NCBI GenBank assembly: GCA_034723415.1 | Contig: JAYEOX010000027.1 | Coordinates: 1-56,327, forward strand | Length of the DNA: 56,327 bases | Reading direction: 5' to 3' | Origin: Fidelibacterota bacterium | Lineage (GTDB): Bacteria > Fidelibacterota > Fidelibacteria > Fidelibacterales > Fidelibacteraceae | Shown here: piece after piece, positions 1 through 7,673 of the stretch | Layout: every line of letters starts with the position of its first letter | Position numbering within the stretch: position 1 is the stretch's first letter | Program-made: the position numbers and the translations under genes | Notes under the pieces: generated by a model | What the model was told of the DNA's origin: nothing | What the model saw: only the letters and a program-made list of their open reading frames with translations | The model's database searches: none

Positions 1-2
1 AA

Positions 3-1064
3 GAAGATCCGGTTTATTTACAGGCAGTTCCTTCTCCAAGTGAATTAGTTGTTGGTAAATATGACATGAAAGATCCTCTTGCTGAAGATAAAGATTCACC
101 TGTACCACATTTAACTCATCGTTATCCTGATAGGGTTTTATTTAATGTAAGTAATACTTGTTCTATGTATTGCCGTCATTGTACAAGAAAACGAAAAGTT
201 GGTGATGCAAATAATATCCCAAACAAAAAAGAGATATTAAAAGGTGTGGAATATATTAAAAATCATCCTGAAGTTAGAGATGTTCTGTTATCAGGTGGAG
301 ATCCATTGATGCTTTCTAATGAATATCTTGACTGGATTTTATCTGAAGTTAGTGCAATTCCGCATGTAGAAATGATCAGAATTGGTTCGAGAATGCCGGT
401 TGTTTTGCCATATCGTATTACTGATGAACTTATTGATATGCTAAAAAAATATCAACCGTTGTATTTAAATACTCATTTCAATCATCCGCGTGAGATTACT
501 GCATCTTCAAAAAAAGCATTACAAATGTTAGCAGATGGCGGAATAGTATTAGGGAATCAGTCAGTATTACTTGCAGGAGTAAATGATTGTCCGAGAATTA
601 TTAAATCACTTTCTCATAAGTTATTACAAAATAGAGTTAGGCCTTATTATTTATATCAATGTGATTTGACAGAAGGACTTTCACATTTTCGCACACCGGT
701 AAGCAAAGGAATTGAAATAATTGAGAGTATGGTTGGCCATACATCAGGACTTGGTGTTCCAACTTATGTTATTGATGCACCCGGAGGTGGTGGAAAAATT
801 CCGATTTCACCAAATTATATAATTTCTTGGTCAACAAATAAAGTTATTTTAAGAAATTATGAAGGTGTAATAACATCTTATAAAGAACCGGATTCTTATG
901 AAAGCTTTTTCTGTGATAGAGATTGTGATAATTGTCATTTACAATTGAATTTAGAAGGTAAAGAAGAGACATCAAGTGTTGGAATTGTTAAAATATTAGA
1001 AAGTCAGGATGAAGGAATATCTTTAGTTCCTAAAGATAATGAAAGGATGACAAAAAGAGATTAA
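3..1064 (+). CDS. kamA: L-lysine 2,3-aminomutase (radical SAM), 5'-truncated by the window edge
   Basis: The frame is open from nt 3 ([15 protein letters not shown]... upstream of the first ATG at 66). [12 protein letters not shown] is a CxxxCxxC radical-SAM motif. [17 protein letters not shown] and SGGDPL are typical of KamA/AblA. Confidence 0.9.
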   Translation, partial: EDPVYLQAVPSPSELVVGKYDMKDPLAEDKDSPVPHLTHRYPDRVLFNVSNTCSMYCRHCTRKRKVGDANNIPNKKEILKGVEYIKNHPEVRDVLLSGGDPLMLSNEYLDWILSEVSAIPHVEMIRIGSRMPVVLPYRITDELIDMLKKYQPLYLNTHFNHPREITASSKKALQMLADGGIVLGNQSVLLAGVNDCPRIIKSLSHKLLQNRVRPYYLYQCDLTEGLSHFRTPVSKGIEIIESMVGHTSGLGVPTYVIDAPGGGGKIPISPNYIISWSTNKVILRNYEGVITSYKEPDSYESFFCDRDCDNCHLQLNLEGKEETSSVGIVKILESQDEGISLVPKDNERMTKRD

Positions 1065-1118
1065 AAAGAAAATACTTTATTATATTTATTCAAAATAGTA
1101 AAAGTTATAGGTGAAATA

Positions 1119-1955
1119 ATGTTTGATGAAGTTATAAAATATGGTAATTCAAAAATTCAACATGGTAAGCATAGTGATAGAATATATTTGATGAAATTGG
1201 ATGATGCGGATGTCGGTTCTATTATTAATAAATTAGACAAATTAACTGAAGAGCATAAATATGGGAAAATATTTACAAAAATTCCTAAAAAGCACTTTGA
1301 GATATTTTTGAATGACGGATTTGAAAAAGAAGCGGAAATACCTAAATTTTATAATGGTGAAAACGACTGCGTATTCATGAGCAAGTTTCCTGTAGAAAAA
1401 AGAGGAGTTATCCAAGCAGATATTAAAAAGCGATTAAATGATGTTCTAACAGTATGTAAAGAGAAAGAGCAGTTGACTAAAGAGCCAAAAATTTCCGATG
1501 AATTTGAGTATAAAATATTGAAACATGAAGATGCTAAGCAATTAACTGAATTATATAAAGTTGTTTTTGCCAGTTATCCATTTCCAATTTATGATGAGAA
1601 TTATTTAAAGGAAACAATGGATGACAATATTATCTATTTTGGAATATTTTATAAAGGGAAATTGGTTAGTGCATCTTCTGCAGAAATGGATTTTGATGGA
1701 GAGAATGTAGAAATGACGGATTTTGCTACGCTGCCTGATTTTAGAGGAAATAATTTTGCCCAATTTTTGCTTTATCAAATGGAAAATGAAGTAATTAAAA
1801 AAGGGATAAAGACATTTTTCACGATTGCAAGGGGAGTTTCTTTCGGAATGAACATTACTTTTGCAAAGTTAGGATACAAATATGGCGGCACTTTGATTAA
1901 CAATACGAATATTTCCGGTAATATAGAAAATATGAATATTTGGTATAAAGAATAA
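1119..1955 (+). CDS. ablB: GNAT acetyltransferase, probable beta-lysine N6-acetyltransferase
   Basis: 278 aa with a C-terminal GNAT fold pattern (VEMTDFATLPDFRGNNFAQFLL). It lies directly downstream of kamA, as in ablA-ablB / yodO-yodP pairs. Confidence 0.7.
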   Translation: MFDEVIKYGNSKIQHGKHSDRIYLMKLDDADVGSIINKLDKLTEEHKYGKIFTKIPKKHFEIFLNDGFEKEAEIPKFYNGENDCVFMSKFPVEKRGVIQADIKKRLNDVLTVCKEKEQLTKEPKISDEFEYKILKHEDAKQLTELYKVVFASYPFPIYDENYLKETMDDNIIYFGIFYKGKLVSASSAEMDFDGENVEMTDFATLPDFRGNNFAQFLLYQMENEVIKKGIKTFFTIARGVSFGMNITFAKLGYKYGGTLINNTNISGNIENMNIWYKE

Positions 1956-2020
1956 AAATAATAGCAACTAACAAAAACTAACAATAACCAACAGCGTTAA
2001 TTGTGGATTGTGAATGGAGA

Positions 2021-2044
2021 CTGCTTGCCCACCACAGGCGGGGA
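2021..2044 (-). repeat. Inverted partial copy of the GC core of the 48-nt intergenic element
   Basis: The reverse complement tCCCCGCCtgtggtGGGCAaGcag matches tCCCCGCCatttcGGGCAGGaaat at 2125-2148. Confidence 0.8.
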
Positions 2045-2083
2045 GACAGGAAAACGGAAAAGGGAAACCGGAAGACTGAAAAT
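2042..2083 (+). repeat. Degenerate heptamer array A, (GGANNNN)x6
   Basis: ggagaca ggaaaac ggaaaag ggaaacc ggaagac tgaaaat, strict 7-nt register, about 83% purine. Lies in the ablB 3' intergenic region. Confidence 0.9.
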
Positions 2084-2118
2084 CTTATCAATTTATAAAA
2101 ATTTATTTTAAACTACAT

Positions 2119-2166
2119 TTAACATCCCCGCCATTTCGGGCAGGAAATATCCAACACGAAATATTC
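2119..2166 (+). repeat. 48-nt GC-cored intergenic element, copy 1
   Basis: ttaacatCCCCGCCATTTCGGGCAGGAAATATCCAACACGAAATATTC. Has a CCCG-N6-CGGG hairpin followed by an AATAT/ATATT AT-rich stem. Confidence 0.9.
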
Positions 2167-2202
2167 AATATTGAAGGTTAATACTACTTGATAATTGATA
2201 AA

Positions 2203-2290
2203 ATCTACGAAGTAGATAAATATTAATAACTATGGGTGTAACCCATAGAGGGAAGATAAACATCAACAACAAAGAACTACGAAGTAGTTC
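2203..2290 (+). other. Three perfect short hairpins (candidate structured RNA or DNA segment)
   Basis: 2203-2217 atctac-gaa-gtagat; 2230-2248 ctatggg-tgtaa-cccatag; 2274-2290 gaactac-gaa-gtagttc. Two share the ctacGAAgtag core. Confidence 0.8.
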
Positions 2291-2310
2291 AATAAGAAAC
2301 CAAATCTAAT

Positions 2311-2358
2311 TTAATATTCCCGTTATTGCGGGCAGGCAATATCCAATATGGAATATTC
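2311..2358 (+). repeat. 48-nt GC-cored intergenic element, copy 2
   Basis: ttaatatTCCCGTTATTGCGGGCAGGCAATATCCAATATGGAATATTC. Aligns without gaps to copy 1. The tail reads AATATCC AATATGG AATATTC, again with a 7-nt period. Confidence 0.9.
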
Positions 2359-2557
2359 ATTTGTTAATCTCTATCGTAAATAATAGGGCTAGCAGTGTGA
2401 AAATAAAATAGTTACCCACATCATTCACGATATGGATCAAAAAACACTACGCTACAACAACTCAAGGTTTTTACGCCTGCACACTTTTTTATCTTTTAAT
2501 TTCAAAAATTTAATTAATTGTTTTCAAATTCAAAAAAATATTGCTAATTTAAAATAT

Positions 2558-3403
2558 ATGCAGAATTTAGATAAAATATACGATTTTCATAATCACATTG
2601 TCTATGGTGTGGATGATGGCAGTGATTCATTAGAAAAATCAATAAAGATGCTTCGACAGGCGGCTGATCAAGGTGTTACAAATGTCGTTTGTACACCACA
2701 TCAATTTGAAACTGATGAACCAAGGATACTTTCTGAAAGGCAAAAAACAATAGTAGAAAGATTTAATATTCTCAAGGAAAAAGTTAAAGAGAAAAATATT
2801 CCAATTGAATTGTCACTTGGTTCTGAAATTATGTTTTTTAAGGATGTTAAGAAGTATTTAAAAAATCCGTATTTTACAATAAATAATAATAAATATGTAT
2901 TAATAGAATTCCATTTAATGGGACCGCCAATTGAGTTTGTAGATGTTTTTTATGACTTGATTGTTGCCGGATATGTTCCGATTTTGGCACATCCTGAAAG
3001 AATTGCCGGTCTATATGATGAAAGAAGAAGTTTAATTAAATTATTAAAAATGGGTGTCTTATTTCAGATTAATACAGGGAGTATTTTAGGATTATTGGGG
3101 AAAGGTGCACAAGAGAGTTCAAAAAAATATCTGGAGAATAATTGGATACATCTATTAGGCAGCGATGCTCATTCACTTAATTTTCGAAGAGGTTTTTCTA
3201 TGCAACAAGGTATAGAATATATTTCTAAAAATTATCCCCATATAAATTTAAAAGAAATTTTAGAAGTAAATCCCAAAGCTGTTATAAATGGTGAACATGT
3301 AGAAGTTGATATTTCTGATATTAAAATTAGAGTAAAATCACCAAAGAGTAATTTGAAAAAATTACTGAATAAAATTATCAAAAAAACTAAAAAAATAATA
3401 TAG
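2558..3403 (+). CDS. PHP-domain protein-tyrosine phosphatase (CpsB/CapC family)
   Basis: Motifs HNHIVYGVDDGS, CTPH, LAHPER and GSDAHS. I place the start at ATG 2558 (MQNLDKIYDFHNH), because the family starts just before the HxH motif. The tracked ORF start at 2432 adds 42 non-homologous residues. Confidence 0.8.
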   Translation: MQNLDKIYDFHNHIVYGVDDGSDSLEKSIKMLRQAADQGVTNVVCTPHQFETDEPRILSERQKTIVERFNILKEKVKEKNIPIELSLGSEIMFFKDVKKYLKNPYFTINNNKYVLIEFHLMGPPIEFVDVFYDLIVAGYVPILAHPERIAGLYDERRSLIKLLKMGVLFQINTGSILGLLGKGAQESSKKYLENNWIHLLGSDAHSLNFRRGFSMQQGIEYISKNYPHINLKEILEVNPKAVINGEHVEVDISDIKIRVKSPKSNLKKLLNKIIKKTKKII

Positions 3404-3408
3404 AATAT

Positions 3409-4029
3409 ATGTTTAAGGTAGAAAAGATCATAACCGGTGTTTTCCAAGAAAATACTTATTTAATTTATAATAATAAAGATGTAATTATTATTGATCCGGG
3501 TGATGATTTTGAAAAAATTGATCTGTTTATTAGGGAAAACGAATTATTACCAAAAGCAATTTTAGGAACACACGGTCATATCGATCATATTTCATCTGTT
3601 TATCCTTTAAAAGAAAAGTATAATATTCCGTTTTATTTAAATAGTAAAGAACAATCTAATCTTGATTATTTAGAATCAGTATCCGATAAGTATAATATTA
3701 AATATTGGGGGACCCCAAAAATTGATATAGATTTAGAAAATAAAAATGAGATTTCAATAGGTAAATTCAATTTTAAAATAATTCATTCTCCTGGTCATAC
3801 TTTAGGCGGTGTATTATTTAAAATAAATGATATTGTATTCTGTGGTGATACGATTTTTAAAAATTCAATTGGAAGAGTTGACCTTCCTGGTGGTGATATG
3901 AGAGTATTGAAGGATAGCATATTGAAAAATATTTACACATTACCTGAAGACACAAAGTTATACCCGGGACATCTTGGAATTACTACTGTAAAACATGAAA
4001 AATACAATAACCCTTATGTACATATTTGA
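3409..4029 (+). CDS. MBL-fold metallo-hydrolase (glyoxalase II / YcbL-like)
   Basis: HGHIDH (HxHxDH) motif, a later SPGHT motif and a terminal YPGH; about 206 aa. Confidence 0.85.
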   Translation: MFKVEKIITGVFQENTYLIYNNKDVIIIDPGDDFEKIDLFIRENELLPKAILGTHGHIDHISSVYPLKEKYNIPFYLNSKEQSNLDYLESVSDKYNIKYWGTPKIDIDLENKNEISIGKFNFKIIHSPGHTLGGVLFKINDIVFCGDTIFKNSIGRVDLPGGDMRVLKDSILKNIYTLPEDTKLYPGHLGITTVKHEKYNNPYVHI

Positions 4030-4050
4030 TAAACTAAATATTGAGGTATT

Positions 4051-4782
4051 ATGGAAACAATTTATAAAGCGTTAATTGGAGCAGGTATTGGCTGGGTAAT
4101 ATTAGGCCCGATGGGAGCAATAATAGGAGGAATGATCGGTGCTCAGTCTTCTAAACAAATTTCTAGAAAAAGACGATTTCATCCATATAGCCAAACACAA
4201 AAAGGTGATTTTTATGTAAGTTTAGTAGTTATTTTTGCTTATGTTGTGAAGGCAGATAAAAAAATCCGTAAAAGTGAAATTTCTTATGTTAAAAATTATT
4301 TGTTACAAAATGTAAGTAATCATAATTTAGTTCAAGATCTGATGAATATGTTAAAAAATGTGTTGGAAAAAGAGATAGAAATTCAAAAAATAACACAACA
4401 AATAGCGGATAATATGGATTATGCATCAAGATTACAACTTATACATTTGCTTTTTGGAATAGCTCTTGCTGATGGGGAATTACATTCATCTGAAAAAGAT
4501 GCAATTAGGCAAATAACAGTTCTTCTTAAACTTCCTATGCAAGATTATCAATCGATCTTTTCAATGTATCATCAAAAAAATAGAGATTCCGCATATAAAA
4601 TTTTAGAAATTTCTCCGGATGCTACTGTTGATGAGATCAAGAATGCATATAAAAAAATGGCTAATAAATATCACCCTGATAAGGTCTCACATCTTGGGGA
4701 AGATATGGTAAAAATGGCCGAAGAAAAATTTAAAGCTATTAATAATGCTTATAGTTCGATTCGCAAAAGAAAAGGTTTTTAG
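4051..4782 (+). CDS. djlA: DjlA-like co-chaperone (N-terminal TM, TerB-like domain, C-terminal J domain)
   Basis: N-terminal glycine-rich TM (GAGIGWVILGPMGAIIGGMIGA). C-terminal J domain: YKILEISPDATVDEIKNAYKKMANKYHPDK with the HPD motif. Confidence 0.75.
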   Translation: METIYKALIGAGIGWVILGPMGAIIGGMIGAQSSKQISRKRRFHPYSQTQKGDFYVSLVVIFAYVVKADKKIRKSEISYVKNYLLQNVSNHNLVQDLMNMLKNVLEKEIEIQKITQQIADNMDYASRLQLIHLLFGIALADGELHSSEKDAIRQITVLLKLPMQDYQSIFSMYHQKNRDSAYKILEISPDATVDEIKNAYKKMANKYHPDKVSHLGEDMVKMAEEKFKAINNAYSSIRKRKGF

Positions 4783-4824
4783 AATTTTATACTTGATTAA
4801 TTTTAATTTATTTTGGGGGGAATA

Positions 4825-6102
4825 ATGTCAATTAAATATGATGACAGCCATCTAATACCATCATTTAGACAAAAAGATTTAAATAAATTTAGACCCAAAA
4901 CGGTTGAATCATTAAATCTATTGAAAAATCGAAATGGATCCGGAAGTGAATTTCTCGGATGGTTAGATTTACCCAATCAAAATGTCGATGATTTAAAAGA
5001 ATTGATAGATGCAGGAAATGAGGTAAAGAATAGTAATGATTTGCTGGTTTGTATAGGAATTGGTGGAAGTTATTTGGGAGCAAAGGCAGTTATTTCATCA
5101 TTAATGCCTAAAAATAATATTCGGTTCATCGGTCATCATTTATCACCTTTAGGATTGTCACAATTACTTGAAGAATTAAAAGAAAAAGATTTTTATGTGA
5201 ATGTGATATCAAAATCCGGTACAACCACTGAGCCGGGAATCGCCTTTAGGATTATCAGAGAATTAGCCGAAAAGAAATATAGTAAAAGATCAAAAGATAG
5301 AATTATTGTTACAACAGATTCTGAAAAAGGTGCATTAAAACAATTAGCAGATCAGAAAGAATATAGAAAATTTGTTATTCCTAATGATGTTGGTGGAAGA
5401 TTTTCTGTTTTAACTCCGGTAGGATTATTACCGATCGTAGCCGCCGGTTTGGATATAAATTCTATATTAAATGGTGCAAAAATTGGATTAAAAAACTCAA
5501 TGATCCCTGATGATAAAAAAAATATTGCTATTAGATATGCACGCAACAGAAGTATTTTATATTCAAAAAAGAAAAAAATAGAAATATTGGCATCAATGGA
5601 TCCACAAATTCATTATATTGCAGAATGGTGGAAACAATTATACGGTGAAAGTGAAGGGAAAAATGGCAATGGAATTTTTCCGGCAAGTGTTGATTATACT
5701 ACCGATCTGCATAGTTTAGGTCAGTTAATTCAAGATGGTGAACGAAATATTTTTGAGACATTCTTAGTAATTGACAATTATTCAAATGACATTGAGATTC
5801 CTTATGATAATGGAAATTTAGATGGATTAAATTACTTGAGCGGGAAGAAATTAACTTTCGTAAATAGTAAAGCTTACGAGGGAACACTTAAAGCACATAT
5901 CAATGGGAATGTTCCCTGTTCAACTTTACATATTGAAAAATTAGATGAAGAAAATATAATGGAATTATTAGTAATTTTTGAAGTCGGGGTTGCACTTTCC
6001 GCATATAATTTAGGTGTAAATCCATTTGATCAACCCGGAGTTGAAACTTATAAAAATAACATGTTTGAATTGCTCGGTAAACCAAAATTTATTAATAATT
6101 GA
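4825..6102 (+). CDS. pgi: Glucose-6-phosphate isomerase (short bacterial/archaeal type)
   Basis: GIGGSYLG, SKSGTTTEP, GGRFSVL and YGESEGK motifs. I prefer the ATG at 4825, preceded by a GGGGGG SD-like run at 4815-4820; the tracked start at 4813 is TTG. Confidence 0.9.
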   Translation: MSIKYDDSHLIPSFRQKDLNKFRPKTVESLNLLKNRNGSGSEFLGWLDLPNQNVDDLKELIDAGNEVKNSNDLLVCIGIGGSYLGAKAVISSLMPKNNIRFIGHHLSPLGLSQLLEELKEKDFYVNVISKSGTTTEPGIAFRIIRELAEKKYSKRSKDRIIVTTDSEKGALKQLADQKEYRKFVIPNDVGGRFSVLTPVGLLPIVAAGLDINSILNGAKIGLKNSMIPDDKKNIAIRYARNRSILYSKKKKIEILASMDPQIHYIAEWWKQLYGESEGKNGNGIFPASVDYTTDLHSLGQLIQDGERNIFETFLVIDNYSNDIEIPYDNGNLDGLNYLSGKKLTFVNSKAYEGTLKAHINGNVPCSTLHIEKLDEENIMELLVIFEVGVALSAYNLGVNPFDQPGVETYKNNMFELLGKPKFINN

Positions 6103-6159
6103 AATAAGTAAAGAAGTGTAATTAGAAATAAGTAGAAAACATATTTGTTTGGAGGATAA

Positions 6160-7245
6160 ATGGATAAAATAGAAAAGATAAATTATAAAGACATTGTGTT
6201 AGTATTAGATGCAATGGGCGGGGATGATGCCCCAAAGATTACAGTAAAAGGGGCATGTAAAGCAAGTTTAAAAAATGAATTTAAAACAATTCTTGTTGGA
6301 GATGAAACAAAGATTACAACATATTTGAAAAAGTACAAGCACGATGAAAATAAAATTCAAATTGTACATGCAGCAGATGAAATAAAGATGGGTGATCATC
6401 CGAAAGATGTCTTACGAAATCCAAATACTTCTATTGGAATTGCCGCAAAAATAGTTGGAGATAATAAAGGTGATGCGTTGATTTCAGCTGGAAATACCGG
6501 AGCTGTTATTTTGGCAACAACAAAGAATATTGATAGAATTGTAGGTGTGCGAAGAACGGCATTAGCAACAATTTATCCGACACACAATTCTCAGAAAAGA
6601 GATGATATTTTTTCGTTGATATTAGATGTTGGGGCAAATGTTCATAATTTAGCTCACGAAATAATTCATTTTGCATTTATGGGAAGTGCTTATGTAAAAG
6701 CGATTAAAGGGATAGAATCACCTACAATTGGTTTGCTGAATATAGGTTCAGAAGAGTATAAAGGTGGTGAAGTATTGTCAAGAGCTTATACGATACTTAA
6801 ATCAATTCCGAGTTTAAATTTTTTTGGAAATGTAGAAGGAAACGATTTGATGAAAGGGCTTGTAGATGTTGTTGTAACCGAAGGAATAACCGGAAACATT
6901 GCAATAAAAACCATTGAAGGAATGGCGGGTTCGATGAAGGAAGTTGGGAAAATTGCATTTAAACATAATATGATTTGGAAAATGGGAATGGTAATGTTAG
7001 CGAGTGGAATTAAAAAATTGCAAGATATTACTGATTTTGAAACTTATGGTGGTGCTCCGGTATTTGGATTTGAAAAAACGGTCATAAAATGTCATGGACG
7101 TTCAACTGAAAAATCAATAAACAACGCACTTGTTTTGGCAGCAAAATCAGTTCATGAAAATATGAGTGGTACAATTTCAAGATCAATTGCACATTTTGAG
7201 CACCGTAATGGATTAGAAGAAATTGGAAGAGAAATTAATTATTAA
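6160..7245 (+). CDS. plsX: Phosphate acyltransferase PlsX
   Basis: LDAMGGDDAP, SAGNTGA and GGAPVFG motifs; about 360 aa. Confidence 0.9.
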   Translation: MDKIEKINYKDIVLVLDAMGGDDAPKITVKGACKASLKNEFKTILVGDETKITTYLKKYKHDENKIQIVHAADEIKMGDHPKDVLRNPNTSIGIAAKIVGDNKGDALISAGNTGAVILATTKNIDRIVGVRRTALATIYPTHNSQKRDDIFSLILDVGANVHNLAHEIIHFAFMGSAYVKAIKGIESPTIGLLNIGSEEYKGGEVLSRAYTILKSIPSLNFFGNVEGNDLMKGLVDVVVTEGITGNIAIKTIEGMAGSMKEVGKIAFKHNMIWKMGMVMLASGIKKLQDITDFETYGGAPVFGFEKTVIKCHGRSTEKSINNALVLAAKSVHENMSGTISRSIAHFEHRNGLEEIGREINY

Positions 7246-7277
7246 TATTTCACGTAAAGAAAGAGGCTCACACATAT

Positions 7278-7291
7278 CTGCTGCGGGCAGG
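7278..7291 (+). repeat. Partial copy of the element core (TGCGGGCAGG)
   Basis: In ctgcTGCGGGCAGG, 10/10 nt match 2327-2336 of copy 2. The flanks are not homologous. Confidence 0.6.
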
Positions 7292-7368
7292 TAAAGTTAT
7301 GAAGACGCAAAGAAGAAAAATAAGTTATAAAATTGTAAAAACTCAACAAAAGGATTTTTTTATTATAT

Positions 7369-7417
7369 GGAAAACGGAGGACGGAGATAGGAAACTGGAG
7401 GACGGTGAACGGAGAAA
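7369..7417 (+). repeat. Degenerate heptamer array B, (GGANNNN)x7
   Basis: ggaaaac ggaggac ggagata ggaaact ggaggac ggtgaac ggagaaa, strict 7-nt register. Lies in the plsX 3' intergenic region. Confidence 0.9.
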
Positions 7418-7444
7418 AATTTCTAATTTCTAACCAAATTACAC

Positions 7445-7491
7445 TTAATATTTCCGCCATTGTGGGCAGGCAATATTAACACGGAATATCT
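7445..7491 (+). repeat. GC-cored intergenic element, copy 3 (47 nt)
   Basis: ttaatatTTCCGCCATTGTGGGCAGGCAATATTAACACGGAATATCT. It has a 1-nt deletion in the tail relative to copies 1 and 2. The stem becomes TCCG/TGGG (two G-T wobbles). Confidence 0.9.
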
Positions 7492-7513
7492 AATTATAAA
7501 GTCGTGAAATTGT

Positions 7514-7548
7514 GTTAAAACTTTTGAAGTTTTAACTTATTTTATTAC
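7514..7548 (+). terminator. Putative intrinsic terminator (AU-rich stem plus T-rich tail)
   Basis: gttaaaact-tttga-agttttaac is a perfect 9-bp stem, followed by ttattttattac. The T-tract is present only on the + strand. Confidence 0.45.
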
Positions 7549-7673
7549 AATAATTTCAATTGTTTTATATTTTATTTGCTCAAAATTCGGAAGTTTTTTG
7601 TATAAGTTTTAAAAAACTAAAAAAAATGATTGGTTAAATAGAAAATAATTAATATATTTAAAGATAATGAGTA

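Noticed and set aside
2014-2079. 21-aa ORF (METACPPQAGRQENGKGKPED) reading through the inverted core and heptamer array A.
   Set aside because: It has no convincing SD. The equivalent frame in array B terminates after 7 codons (ATG 7367, MENGGRR*), so a coding reading is not conserved between copies.
2042-2083. Heptamer and octamer arrays as CRISPR arrays.
   Set aside because: The units are 7-8 nt, contiguous and without spacers. No cas genes are in the window.
2232-2309. 25-aa ORF (MGVTHRGKININNKELRSSSIRNQI) spanning the mini-hairpins.
   Set aside because: It has no SD. The start codon sits inside a perfect hairpin stem. A structural rather than coding explanation fits better.
2432-2557. 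42-residue N-terminal extension of the PHP phosphatase ORF as given in the track.
   Set aside because: The extension is low-complexity and non-homologous. CpsB-family proteins begin a few residues before the HxH motif, which matches the ATG at 2558.
1956-2557. Whether the 600-nt gap hides a known large RNA (RNase P RNA, tmRNA, 6S, SRP RNA), a riboswitch, or a tRNA.
   Set aside because: I could not find RNase P CR-I/CR-V strings (GAGGAAAGUCC, ACAGAACCCGGCUUA-like), a tmRNA acceptor or tag ORF, the SRP domain IV motif, or a tRNA cloverleaf with GTTCRANNC. By-eye inspection cannot exclude divergent versions.
7493-7673. T-box leader or other known regulatory RNA upstream of thrS.
   Set aside because: There is no T-box consensus (AGGGUGGNACCGCG-like) and no specifier-loop architecture. 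Only an AU-rich terminator-like hairpin at 7514-7548 was found, and that fits better as the end of the upstream transcript.
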